DNA from: an archaeon
GTDB taxonomy: Archaea; Undinarchaeota; CAZHTU01; JBDRCC01
Assembly (NCBI GenBank): GCA_043822065.1
Contig: JBDRCC010000020.1
Location: 54,140-118,139 of the forward strand
DNA length: 64,000 nucleotides
Direction: 5' to 3'
A program made the translations under genes and the position numbers. Of the stretch, positions 38,489 to 48,055 are shown piece by piece. The notes below the pieces were generated by a model, which saw only the letters and a list, made by a program, of their open reading frames with translations, was not told the origin of the DNA and searched no databases. Numbering within the stretch: position 1 is the stretch's first letter; every line of letters starts with the position of its first letter.

Positions 38489-40897
38489 CTAATCTTCTAC
38501 TTTTATAAATATTCTCTCAGAAACCTTGTCGCCGCCTTTTTTGTCAGAATACTCGATTTCGCCTATTTTCATGGTCGCCTTAATCGTGGATTCCATCCCC
38601 CTCAAGTCTTCCTCCGAGCTGATGACCACCTTGCCGAGCGCGGCATTCATTGACATGTTCCGCTCCGTCTTGTACTTCCTTAGGTAGGCGATTGCCTCTA
38701 TCGCCTGCGAGACAAGCCCTTCCGCTCCCTTGTCGGCTTCTTCAGCCTCAGGCCATTTCGCGAATGAGATGCTGGTCTCCTTTTTCCCTGGAAGGCATGA
38801 GTATATTTCCTCGCAGAAGAACGGGGCTACTGGCGAGAGCAGGGTGGCAGTTGTCTTCAGGACGGTGTACAGCGTGTACTGCGCAGCTTCCCTGGTCGCC
38901 TTCCCGTACTTCTCCGGCTCGTACAGCCTGTGCTTTACCATCTCAAGGTAGTTGTCGCAGAAGTCCTTCCAGATGAACTGCTGGACCGGCTGGACCGCAT
39001 TTATGAACTCAAACTTCTCGAACGCATCCGTGACCGAGGCGGCAAGCGCTGACAGCTTTGAGAGTATCCACCTGTCTTCGGCTTCAAGCTTTGGCGCATT
39101 CCCTCCCTTGTAGTCCTCAAGGTGCATCATGGCGAACCTAGCGGCGTTCCAGAACTTCGTAAGGAACTTGTGGGAGTACTCGACGTCCTTCCAGGAGAAT
39201 GGCAGGTCTGAGCCCGGAACGGAGTATGACGCCCACATCCTAAGCGAGTCTGCGCCGTACTTCCTTATCGCCTCGTCCGGCGCGACGTAGTTGTTGAAGC
39301 TCTTGCTCATCTTCCTCCCGTCCTCGCCGTGGACCATACCGTTTACCATTACCTCCTTGAACGGGACCTTCCCTGTCAGCTCAAGGCACCTGAAAGTCGT
39401 ATAGAACAGCCAGGTCCGTATTATCTCGTAGCCCTGCGGCCTGTTGCTCACGGGGTATGCCATCTTGAAGACGTCGTCTTTCTTTTTCCATCCGCTCGCG
39501 ACAAGCGGGCTTATTGACGAGTCAACCCAGCAGTCGCACACTTCGGGCGGCGCGTCCATTTTATCAGAGCCGCACTTGGGGCACTTCTTAATCGGCGGCT
39601 TCTGCGTCGTCGGGTCTACGGGCAGGTCATCCTCCCTGGCAGGTATTATCTCCCCGCACTGGCAGTACCAGAAGGGTATCGGCGTGCCGAAGACCCTCTG
39701 CCGGGATATTACCCAGTCCCAGTCAAGGCCGTACGCCCAGTCCGTAAGCCTCCTAAGCATGTACTCCGGGAACCACTTCATCTGCTTCCCGCCCTCTGCA
39801 ATCATCTCGCTCTTATCCCTGAGCTTTATGAACCACTGGAAGGTCGGTATCATCTCGACCGGCTGCCTGCAAGCGCCCCTCTCTGCGTGGACGAGGACGT
39901 TGTGCCTGAACTTTTCGGTCTTCTTCAGCGCACCCTCCTTCTCAAGGTCCTTGAGGAACTGCTCTCTCGCCCCCTTCGCAGTCAGGCCGGCATACTTGCC
40001 TGCCGCCTCAGTCATCTTTCCGTCCCTTCCTATGGCGCTTATGACCGGCAATTTGTATTTCGCCTGCCACTTGAAGTCCATCTCGTCGCCGTAGGTGCAG
40101 ACGTACACTGCGCCTGTCCCGAACTCCCGGTCAACGTCAGAGTCTGCAAGTATCGGCACCTGCCTGTTGAAGACCGGCAGGGTCGCCTTCTTGTTGTGAA
40201 ACGCCTTGTACCTCTCGTCGTCCGGGTGGACGAGAACGGCAACGCACGCCGGGCTTAGCTCCGGCCGCGTGGTCGCAATCTGTATCGGCTTTCCTGCGTC
40301 AGTCTTGAACTCGATGTAATGGAGCGTGCCGTCCATCTCGGAATATCCGAGCTCGGCGTTCGCTATCGCAGTGCCGCACTTCGTGCACCAGTGGGTCGGG
40401 TGCTCCTTGCGGTATATCATTCCTTTCCTGAAAAATTCAAGAAGCGACGACTGGACCCGCGCCTTGTAGTCCGCATCCATCGTCCTGTACTCATAATCCC
40501 AGTCCGCAGAGTAGCCCATCTCGTCAAACTGCCGCTTCATACCGGTTATGCACTTCTCTGTCCACTCTATGCACTTCTTCCTGAACTCATCCCGGTTCTC
40601 CTTTGGTATCTTGTACTCAGTCTCGACCCTGAGCTCTGTAGGCAGGCCGTGGCAGTCGAACCCCTGCGGGAGGAGGACGTTGTGCCCGGTGAGCCTCTTG
40701 TACCTGGCAACAAAGTCTATCCATGAGTGGTTGAGCGAATGCCCCATGTGGAGGGTGCCGGAGGTGAACGGCGGCGGCGTGTCAAAGGAGTAGACCGGCT
40801 TCTTTGACTTCCTGTCAAAGGCGAAAATCTTCTCCTTCTTCCAGAGGTCAGTCCACTTCTTCTGGAGCTCAAGATGGTCATACCTCTTGCCTAGCAT
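38489..40897 (-). CDS. valS: Valyl-tRNA synthetase (class I)
   Basis: HMGH (PPPFTSGTLHMGHS) and KMSKS motifs, editing domain; 802 aa. Confidence 0.7.
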   Translation of the reverse strand: MLGKRYDHLELQKKWTDLWKKEKIFAFDRKSKKPVYSFDTPPPFTSGTLHMGHSLNHSWIDFVARYKRLTGHNVLLPQGFDCHGLPTELRVETEYKIPKENRDEFRKKCIEWTEKCITGMKRQFDEMGYSADWDYEYRTMDADYKARVQSSLLEFFRKGMIYRKEHPTHWCTKCGTAIANAELGYSEMDGTLHYIEFKTDAGKPIQIATTRPELSPACVAVLVHPDDERYKAFHNKKATLPVFNRQVPILADSDVDREFGTGAVYVCTYGDEMDFKWQAKYKLPVISAIGRDGKMTEAAGKYAGLTAKGAREQFLKDLEKEGALKKTEKFRHNVLVHAERGACRQPVEMIPTFQWFIKLRDKSEMIAEGGKQMKWFPEYMLRRLTDWAYGLDWDWVISRQRVFGTPIPFWYCQCGEIIPAREDDLPVDPTTQKPPIKKCPKCGSDKMDAPPEVCDCWVDSSISPLVASGWKKKDDVFKMAYPVSNRPQGYEIIRTWLFYTTFRCLELTGKVPFKEVMVNGMVHGEDGRKMSKSFNNYVAPDEAIRKYGADSLRMWASYSVPGSDLPFSWKDVEYSHKFLTKFWNAARFAMMHLEDYKGGNAPKLEAEDRWILSKLSALAASVTDAFEKFEFINAVQPVQQFIWKDFCDNYLEMVKHRLYEPEKYGKATREAAQYTLYTVLKTTATLLSPVAPFFCEEIYSCLPGKKETSISFAKWPEAEEADKGAEGLVSQAIEAIAYLRKYKTERNMSMNAALGKVVISSEEDLRGMESTIKATMKIGEIEYSDKKGGDKVSERIFIKVED

Positions 40898-40933
40898 AGC
40901 AACAAAATAGGGGGAGTATATTATAAGCGTTAC

Positions 40934-41539
40934 CTAAACTGCTATCATCCCGACCAGCTGCGCCCCGAAAATCCAGAAGAACCACATGTGCCAGATGGTG
41001 TTGAAGAGGGCGTACTGCAGCTGGAAGAACGGCGGCCTTTCCCCCAGGACAATCCTGAGCGGCGTCGTGACGATGTACTGCGGTATTATGAACTGGAGGA
41101 TGTACAGCACCATGCTGCCGCCTGCGTACGGGTACATGCTCGGCAGAACCACGCAGAAGACAATCCTCGTAAGGAACGTCACAGGCGTCTGCTGTGGGAA
41201 CTCAAAGCACGCCAGCGCCTCTATTATCACTGTGACTATCGAAAATATCAGCCCGTAAAATACCCCGCCATAAATCGTCACTAGTATAGTCAGCCCCATC
41301 CCGACCTTGAACGACAGCGCCGGCCTGAACCTGTCCGGGAACCTCGTGAAGACGCTTATCGCCATGAATGTAATCAGCGCAAAATAGAACCCGCCTGGCT
41401 TCTCAAGCCCGTACTTAAGGGCGAGGAAGTAAAAGGCAAAAAGGAATGCCGAGCCAAGGGCGAGTATGCTGGCTATGCCTGAGCTAGTTGGGACCATGTC
41501 TATAACTACATCCGTGATACCGCGCTTTCCCCCGTACAT
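40934..41539 (-). CDS. Polytopic membrane protein, hypothetical
   Basis: Six predicted TM helices, no diagnostic motif. Confidence 0.4.
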   Translation of the reverse strand: MYGGKRGITDVVIDMVPTSSGIASILALGSAFLFAFYFLALKYGLEKPGGFYFALITFMAISVFTRFPDRFRPALSFKVGMGLTILVTIYGGVFYGLIFSIVTVIIEALACFEFPQQTPVTFLTRIVFCVVLPSMYPYAGGSMVLYILQFIIPQYIVTTPLRIVLGERPPFFQLQYALFNTIWHMWFFWIFGAQLVGMIAV

Positions 41540-41612
41540 GCCTCTATATACTAGTGCTCTGCCTGCTTAATATAAACCTTTCGCTGATACCGTATATACT
41601 ATCAGCTTATAA

Positions 41613-42053
41613 TCAGCCAGACGCAGGGGGCTGCTCTTCGCGCGTGAGTATCCGCCTCTCTATGTCCCGCTTAAGCGCGTCAATGTCAAGCTGAACCTTC
41701 TCAAGCCCCTTCAGCAGCCTTTCCTTCTCTGCGTCGAGCTCGTCAGCAATCTGGTACCTCTTTATCGCCTCGTTGAAGTCGTCCAGGTCAAGGGTAGAAT
41801 AGCGTGATTTGCCCATTCTCTTAGCCACGTTTTTTGAAATCTCGCCAAGCCAGAAATTCATAGCATTTTTTACCCTCCAGGATATTATGTGGTCCGGGGC
41901 GTTAGCCCTGATTATCCTGACAATCTGCGCCCTAGGGAACGGGCCGTTCGGAACCTCTTTTGGCTTTAGTTTATCACTCTTCGTGGCTTTTTTGGACATA
42001 AAAATCACCGTATAAGCTAATGCACCAATAGTAAATAAACTTATCCTTGGCAA
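41613..42053 (-). CDS. Putative histone-fold (NF-Y/CBF-like) protein with C-terminal coiled coil; likely true start at MSKK (41999)
   Basis: FPRAQIVRIIRANAPDHIISWRVKNAMNFWLGEISKNVAKRM resembles histone-fold alpha1-L1-alpha2. Confidence 0.35.
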   Translation of the reverse strand: MPRISLFTIGALAYTVIFMSKKATKSDKLKPKEVPNGPFPRAQIVRIIRANAPDHIISWRVKNAMNFWLGEISKNVAKRMGKSRYSTLDLDDFNEAIKRYQIADELDAEKERLLKGLEKVQLDIDALKRDIERRILTREEQPPASG

Positions 42054-42080
42054 CCTATTTAAGCAATTTTGCCGATATAA

Positions 42081-42626
42081 ATGGGCATGGCAAAGGTTGA
42101 AAAAAAGGGCAAGGGGCGTGCCCCTCCGCAGCTTTACAAGCCAAAGAAAAGGCTGAGGGAGCGGTTTTCCCCGGTCTTAATCGTTTCGATAGTTGGGCTG
42201 ATCATTATGATTGGCTCAGTCGTAGCCTCATCTTTCAGCAACTACTTCAGCGAGACGCAGACAGCATCCAACACAGAAAATGAAACGGAATCCCCCCAGT
42301 TCACGGAAAATCTCATCCGCGCCCAGATAATGTCTGACAGCGAAATCCAGCGGCTGAACTCCGAGGGGAAAACAGTCCTGCGTGCTGTTGACTTTCCGAC
42401 ATCGCCTTCCTCAAAGGAGCTCTCAAACCTCAACGTCCAGAACCTGGTAATCGAGCGGATAAACTACAACGACGAGTGCTTCGGAAAGGTGCGCGCCGAA
42501 TTCACGAATATCTGCCCTCCGGATGCGACGAAGCTCCCAGTCTACATAATCCTCAGCCCAGACGGTAGCCAGTCCGTCGTCTACGGCTACAAGACAATAC
42601 CCGAGCTTGTTGCGCTCCTAAGCTGA
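42081..42626 (+). CDS. Membrane-anchored hypothetical protein
   Basis: Basic N-terminus, one TM helix, extracytoplasmic domain. Confidence 0.4.
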   Translation: MGMAKVEKKGKGRAPPQLYKPKKRLRERFSPVLIVSIVGLIIMIGSVVASSFSNYFSETQTASNTENETESPQFTENLIRAQIMSDSEIQRLNSEGKTVLRAVDFPTSPSSKELSNLNVQNLVIERINYNDECFGKVRAEFTNICPPDATKLPVYIILSPDGSQSVVYGYKTIPELVALLS

Positions 42627-44426
42627 AGTCTCTTCTATCCTTACCTCAGCCTCAGACCGCAGGATTCTCTTTCCTTCCTTGGATCTCTTCCTCACCTTTA
42701 TCTCGCCCTTTGAGCCAACGAGCGCGGAGAGGACAAGCCCCCGCCCGGCATAGACGTTCGCCCTCTTTCCGGCGAGTCCCTTGCCTACGGATATCACCAG
42801 GTTTCCAGAAGTCTCCTTAACATCATACTCGACGGATTTCTCAGCCGAGGTCACGGGCTTCAGGTTTATCCGTATCCCGAATTTTTTCTCAATCCGGCTT
42901 ATGTTCGAGCCCTCCCTGCCTATTATCTGCGCCATCACGTGCTCTGGCACGTACACTTCCGCAAGCGAAGGCGAAACCGCGTCCACCCTGAAGTTCCGGG
43001 TGTAGCCCCGTATCTCGTCCGCAAGCTTCTCCTCGACAATCTTCTGGACGCCGCCCTTCTCCCTCTTTTCGACAGGCATCACTACGACCTCTTCGCCATA
43101 CGAGTATATCTCGTACTCGACCTTGCCGGTGCCGAAATCCGAAACCTCTATCACAGGCCTAGCCAAGTCCTGCTCAGTCATGCCGTTCGGGACCTTGACT
43201 GTGAATTTCAGGCTGAGCACTTTGCCGGCTGCGCCTTTTTCTATGTGTATTATAGTGTCCACAAGCTGTGGAATTACGCCGAGCTCCACCCTGCCGATGA
43301 GCCGCTGTATAGCGTCTATCGGCTTTCGGGCGTGGACGACCCCGACCATCCCGACGCCAGCAAGGCGCAGGTCTGCGTAGGTCTCGAAGTCTGCGGTTTT
43401 CCTCAGCTCGTCGAATACCGTGTAGTCGGGTCTTACTAGAAGGAGGATGTCCGCAGTCTTTGCCATGTTGCCCTCAAGCGCGGAATACTGCGTTATGTCC
43501 GGCGATACCTGGAGGTCGCGCGGGTGCTCCATCGTCTTGACTATTTTTCCCATCCCAAGGTACATCTCTGCAACCGCCTGGACGAACGTAGACTTACCAG
43601 AGCCCGGCGGGCCTGCGACGAGCACGCCCTCTGCAGCTTTGAGCCGCTCCAACAGCCCCTTGTCGAGCTTGTAGTCTTCTATCGCGAGCTTTTTTACAGG
43701 CCTCACTGCGGTTATCTCGGTCCTCTCAGAGAACGGCGGCTGGGTCACGGCTATCCTGTACTCGCCGAGCTGGTATATTGAGGCGCCGTACATTTTCATC
43801 TCCGTGCCTCCTGAAACCCTTGCGTGGTCGTTTATGTTTTTGACAATTTTGTTTATCTCATCCTTTGGTATCTCATTGCCGCTGATTTCGACAAGCTTTG
43901 TTTCGCCTGGCAGACCGACTTTTGCCTTAGGCGTCCTCCCCTCTTTTAGGTGGACGCTCTGGGCTCCCTCAGAAAAATAATTCGAGACAAGAAGCTTTTC
44001 TATGTACGGCTCCACATAATCGCATGAAATCCCCTTTGCGTTTGCGACCTCTGCCTGGACTATGTCAGCCGTCAGCAAAACAGCGCCCTGCTTCTGGGCG
44101 GTGTCCCTTATGATTGCGTCAAGCGAGCCGGCTTTTGCAAGGCGTATCTCCTCTGCCGTCGGCCTTTCACCGATGTACTCTAATTTTATTTTCCCTTCCG
44201 CCTCAAGCCCCCGCAGCTTTTTTATCTCTTCAAGCCCCTCAAATCCAATCTGCCTGCCCCGGTTTGCCTGGCCCTCAAGCTCGGAGAGGACAATCTCCGG
44301 GATTATTATCGTCGCGCCATCATACTTGCCGCTTGAGATAAGCTCTGAAAGCTTTTTTTCAATTATGACTGATGTATCTGGAACTACTTTCATCTGGAGC
44401 CGCATTTCAGAAATAGCCGGATACAT
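42618..44426 (-). CDS. PIN-domain/PilT-like ATPase with C-terminal KH domain (COG1855 family)
   Basis: PIN N-terminus (VVPDTSVII), Walker A VAGPPGSGKSTF, C-terminal KH-like region. Confidence 0.6.
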   Translation of the reverse strand: MYPAISEMRLQMKVVPDTSVIIEKKLSELISSGKYDGATIIIPEIVLSELEGQANRGRQIGFEGLEEIKKLRGLEAEGKIKLEYIGERPTAEEIRLAKAGSLDAIIRDTAQKQGAVLLTADIVQAEVANAKGISCDYVEPYIEKLLVSNYFSEGAQSVHLKEGRTPKAKVGLPGETKLVEISGNEIPKDEINKIVKNINDHARVSGGTEMKMYGASIYQLGEYRIAVTQPPFSERTEITAVRPVKKLAIEDYKLDKGLLERLKAAEGVLVAGPPGSGKSTFVQAVAEMYLGMGKIVKTMEHPRDLQVSPDITQYSALEGNMAKTADILLLVRPDYTVFDELRKTADFETYADLRLAGVGMVGVVHARKPIDAIQRLIGRVELGVIPQLVDTIIHIEKGAAGKVLSLKFTVKVPNGMTEQDLARPVIEVSDFGTGKVEYEIYSYGEEVVVMPVEKREKGGVQKIVEEKLADEIRGYTRNFRVDAVSPSLAEVYVPEHVMAQIIGREGSNISRIEKKFGIRINLKPVTSAEKSVEYDVKETSGNLVISVGKGLAGKRANVYAGRGLVLSALVGSKGEIKVRKRSKEGKRILRSEAEVRIEETSA

Positions 44427-44455
44427 CCCATTTATCCGCTAGCTTTTTATCCTTT

Positions 44456-44938
44456 TTGCAGGGGGCAAGGGTTAAATACCAATCAAAATTTACCCATCGC
44501 ATGCTCTCTGAAAAAAACCTCAAGACGCTTCTGCTCGCGCTCATGCCAAAGCAGTTCCCTGGCTACACCTTCGCCCAGGATGTAAAGGCCGGCGCATGGA
44601 AGATACCCCTACTTGGGACTGCCCAGACGCCGGAAAGGATTCTGCGCCAGGCCTTCATCCAGGTCGAGACCGAGACGAACTTTGTCAAGGAGAATATCGA
44701 GGCCCACACCTTCATCCTTGGGAACCTTGCGAAAAAGGGCTTCCTAAAAAAAGGGGACGCTTACTGGGTAGTCCACGGCGGCGAAGTCCTCCCTGAAGTA
44801 GAGCAGTATGCAAAGGACAGCGGCATAACCATCAAGGACAGGAAATGGCTCATCGCTATGGTCACTAAGCACAAGGCAGACAAGGCAGTCAAGTACGTTA
44901 TTCAGACGCTTGAGGCAGCCAATTCCTGGAACCCCTGA
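44456..44938 (+). CDS. Hypothetical protein
   Basis: 160-aa ORF; no recognisable motif. Confidence 0.35.
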   Translation: MQGARVKYQSKFTHRMLSEKNLKTLLLALMPKQFPGYTFAQDVKAGAWKIPLLGTAQTPERILRQAFIQVETETNFVKENIEAHTFILGNLAKKGFLKKGDAYWVVHGGEVLPEVEQYAKDSGITIKDRKWLIAMVTKHKADKAVKYVIQTLEAANSWNP

Positions 44939-45906
44939 AGGGCTCCGTTTTCCATAAGCACAAACCCGCTCTCAAAGCTTATCGTCGGGTTTTTTATCAC
45001 CATGTCTATGTGCAGCGGCACGCTGACGCCGCCGCCGAAACCTGTGTTGTTCCCGAGCGCAACATGGCACGTCCCAAGTATCTTCTCCCCTTCGAGCGCG
45101 GTCTCAAATCCCACTGCCTGCTTGTTCGTCCCGATTCCGAGCTCGGCAATATTGTACACCTTGTCCCCGAGCTTCTCCGGCATGAGTATCCTTTTTAGTT
45201 CATCCGCCCTGGAGCCTGATAGCGACTTAACCATCCCGCCCTCGACCTCAATTGTCAGCGGCTCCTTCAGCTTTCCCATTTGGCTTATGCCGCCGTCGAC
45301 GACTATCTTTCCGTACGACTTTCCCTCGTTCGGCGCAAAGAAGGCCTCGCCCGCAGGCAGGTTTCCGCCTGACCCCTTGCCAGTGTAGATTCCATTGTCC
45401 TCGTGGACAGTCCGCCCGGTCCGGTATACTGTGAAGTCAGTCCCAGCCGCCGTCCTTATCTTTACCCTTTCGGCGTGCCGAACCTTCCTTGCCACGTAGT
45501 TCGTCACGGGCACAACCTCTGCCCGGTAGTCAAGCGAAAGCGTCCTCAGGAACATGTCCTTGGTAATGTGCGGCATCGACGCCCAGCGCACCCCCATCCC
45601 GCTCGCAGCCTTTCTCGCGGCAGTGTGTGAGAGGGAGTATGTAGTCGGCATAAGGAGGATGTCCGCGTCAAGCATGTTGTGGCTTATCTCCTCAGGCGGC
45701 TCCGTCCCGTCCCCGCCGGTTTCAGGCATTACTTCCATGAAAGAGTCCGAAGCGATTTCTTTTGACGCCTTGAGCAGCGCCTTTGCAATCGCAGCCCTCT
45801 GGCGGCTTCCCCTGTCGGTTATTATGTAAGCCCGCTCATTGTAGTAGAGCCCCATGTTTTCCTTTACCACCTTCCGGGCAACTTCAAGGAGCTTCTTTCC
45901 AATCAT
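44902..45906 (-). CDS. M29-like aminopeptidase, paralog 4
   Basis: Same family blocks (WASMPHITKDMF, RTAAGTDFTV, HVALGNN). Confidence 0.55.
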   Translation of the reverse strand: MIGKKLLEVARKVVKENMGLYYNERAYIITDRGSRQRAAIAKALLKASKEIASDSFMEVMPETGGDGTEPPEEISHNMLDADILLMPTTYSLSHTAARKAASGMGVRWASMPHITKDMFLRTLSLDYRAEVVPVTNYVARKVRHAERVKIRTAAGTDFTVYRTGRTVHEDNGIYTGKGSGGNLPAGEAFFAPNEGKSYGKIVVDGGISQMGKLKEPLTIEVEGGMVKSLSGSRADELKRILMPEKLGDKVYNIAELGIGTNKQAVGFETALEGEKILGTCHVALGNNTGFGGGVSVPLHIDMVIKNPTISFESGFVLMENGALQGFQELAASSV

Positions 45907-47156
45907 GCGAAGAACTCTGCTATTTTTTTCAGCTCGACCTTTTTCTCATCGCCAGTCTCCATGTTCCTGACCGTCACTTTCTTTTCCTCAAGGTCGCGCT
46001 TTCCGACTATTATGCAGTATGAAACCGAATTCGAGTTTGCCCACTCAAGGTTTTTAGAAAGCTTCCTGCCTGCGATGTCATACGACGCGCTAAGCCCCGT
46101 TTCCCTAAGTGCTGATGCTATCCCTATCGCCTCGCCAAGGACGTCCGGCCCTACCGGCACTACGAAAATGCTTTTCTCGCCTTTGAAGTCTGGAACCTTT
46201 TTCTGGCTTTCAAGCGCCATGAGCGCCCTTTCTATCCCGCCGGCGCACCCAGTCGCTGGCATGTCCTTTCCGGAGAAAATCTTGACTAGAGAGTCGTACC
46301 TTCCGCCGCCGAAGAGCGCGCCAAGGTTCGGGTTACCATTCTCATAAGCCTCAAACACAACCCCAGTGTAGTACCCTATCCCCCTGACCACTGTCAGGTC
46401 AAGCTCAGCCTTCTTGCCAAGCTTTCCAAGGTATTCGAAAACCTTTTCGAGGCTTTCAACGCCTTTTACTTTTTCTTTCTTCAGCCCAGCAAGGTTCTTC
46501 GCCCTAAGCTTTTCCAGGACGGAGTCTGCAGTCTTCTTGTCTACGCCATACTTCCCGAACTCCCTGTACAGCTCCTCCTTTGATACCTTCTTTATCTTGT
46601 CTATCGTCCTGAGCGCCCCGTCAATCTGCTTCACGCCTGCCTTCTGGAGGATGTCCTCCGCAATCTCCCTGTTTCCGACAAGAACCTCGCAGCCCTTCAG
46701 CCCGAGCTCGTCCAGGATGTCAATCGAGAGGGCTATGACCTCGGCATCGGCCTCAGCGCCGTCTACTCCGAAGACTTCTACGTTCCACTGGTAGAACCAC
46801 CGCTTCCGCCCGTATCCCGGGCGGTCGTACCTCCACATTGAGGAGATGCAGGCGAGCTTTACAGGCTTCTGCCAGTTCGGGTTTGCCGCGACCATCCTCG
46901 AGCACCCGACCGTCAGGTCGAACCTCAGCCCGAGCTCCCTGCCTGACTTGTCCTTGAAGTCATAAATCTCATTCCTTATCTCTTCCCCGGACTTTGCCGA
47001 AAGGGTTTCGAACTCCTCAACAAAGCTCGGCTCGACCAGCCTGAAGCCGTACCTCTTGAAGACCGACTTTATCCTGGAGTAAACCCACTCCCTCGTGAGC
47101 ATCTCTTCCGGTCCAATGTCTGCCATGCCTCGCGGCGGCTGGAATCCCATGCCCAC
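45903..47156 (-). CDS. hisS: Histidyl-tRNA synthetase
   Basis: Class II motifs and HisRS-specific GRKRWFYQWNVE; 417 aa. Confidence 0.8.
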   Translation of the reverse strand: MGMGFQPPRGMADIGPEEMLTREWVYSRIKSVFKRYGFRLVEPSFVEEFETLSAKSGEEIRNEIYDFKDKSGRELGLRFDLTVGCSRMVAANPNWQKPVKLACISSMWRYDRPGYGRKRWFYQWNVEVFGVDGAEADAEVIALSIDILDELGLKGCEVLVGNREIAEDILQKAGVKQIDGALRTIDKIKKVSKEELYREFGKYGVDKKTADSVLEKLRAKNLAGLKKEKVKGVESLEKVFEYLGKLGKKAELDLTVVRGIGYYTGVVFEAYENGNPNLGALFGGGRYDSLVKIFSGKDMPATGCAGGIERALMALESQKKVPDFKGEKSIFVVPVGPDVLGEAIGIASALRETGLSASYDIAGRKLSKNLEWANSNSVSYCIIVGKRDLEEKKVTVRNMETGDEKKVELKKIAEFFA

Positions 47157-47203
47157 TATAATGAAATAATAAGTTTTTAATACTTAGGTTCCTTAGTGTT
47201 TTC

Positions 47204-47971
47204 ATGCTATCTATACGGAAGGCAGTTTCGCAGGGTGTCGAGGTGATAAGCTCGAACACAATAATAATTTTCCCGATACTGCTTTACTCAATATTCGTCT
47301 CTCTCGTCGTGGCATTTAGCTTCATGCCCATCCTGGGGACGAGCCAGGTTGACCTCATGGCAATAGACCTTTCCCTTCTTGCCCGAAACACCGACGCCCT
47401 CTTCGGCGCCTTAATCATCGACGCGCTTTTCCTCCTCATCCTCGGAGCCTTCTTCAACTCGATAACCCTCTCAATGATAAAGGAGGGCTGGAAGCGGGGC
47501 ATAACCGGCTTCGCGCTTTCCTTTGGCTCAACATATTTCGCCCCAATCCTGGGGGTAACACTCGCCAAGGGGCTGATAACCGGATGCCTCCTTTCCCTTG
47601 CAGCACTCCCCTTATTCATCGGCCCTTCCGTGCCGGCGGTTATAATTTCCGCCACGTCCGTTTTCCTTCTTGTAATCGTCCTGTTGGGGCTCTTTTGGGT
47701 CAAAGAGAGCGTGGTTGCCGAGAACAAGGGCGTCGCTGCCGCCTTGCGGAACTCCTGGAACTTTACGCGGCTCAACCTCTATGGCACAATCATGATAATA
47801 GCTGCCGTCGCAGCCCTTGAAATGATGGCATTTGCTTCCCGCCAGAGCGTGCCCCAGGCAGCCACCCCAATCACTCCATTAATCGGGGTAATAGCACTTT
47901 TCCTTGAGCTTTTCCTGTCTGCCACGGCCAAGTCAGTCAAGCTCGCCGCATACCTAGAAACACACAAATAG
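47204..47971 (+). CDS. Polytopic membrane protein, hypothetical
   Basis: Six or seven predicted TM helices. Confidence 0.4.
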   Translation: MLSIRKAVSQGVEVISSNTIIIFPILLYSIFVSLVVAFSFMPILGTSQVDLMAIDLSLLARNTDALFGALIIDALFLLILGAFFNSITLSMIKEGWKRGITGFALSFGSTYFAPILGVTLAKGLITGCLLSLAALPLFIGPSVPAVIISATSVFLLVIVLLGLFWVKESVVAENKGVAAALRNSWNFTRLNLYGTIMIIAAVAALEMMAFASRQSVPQAATPITPLIGVIALFLELFLSATAKSVKLAAYLETHK

Positions 47972-48055
47972 AAAAATTATAAAAGGCAGTTTTCCTTAAA
48001 GTTGGAACTTCAAGGGACGCATTCTGTTCCTTACAGTTATAAAGGATAAACAAAA

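Noticed and set aside
41613-42053. Calling this ORF an archaeal histone (HMf-like)
   Set aside because: It is longer than archaeal histones, has a coiled-coil tail and only a loose histone-fold resemblance; kept as low-confidence NF-Y/CBF-like.
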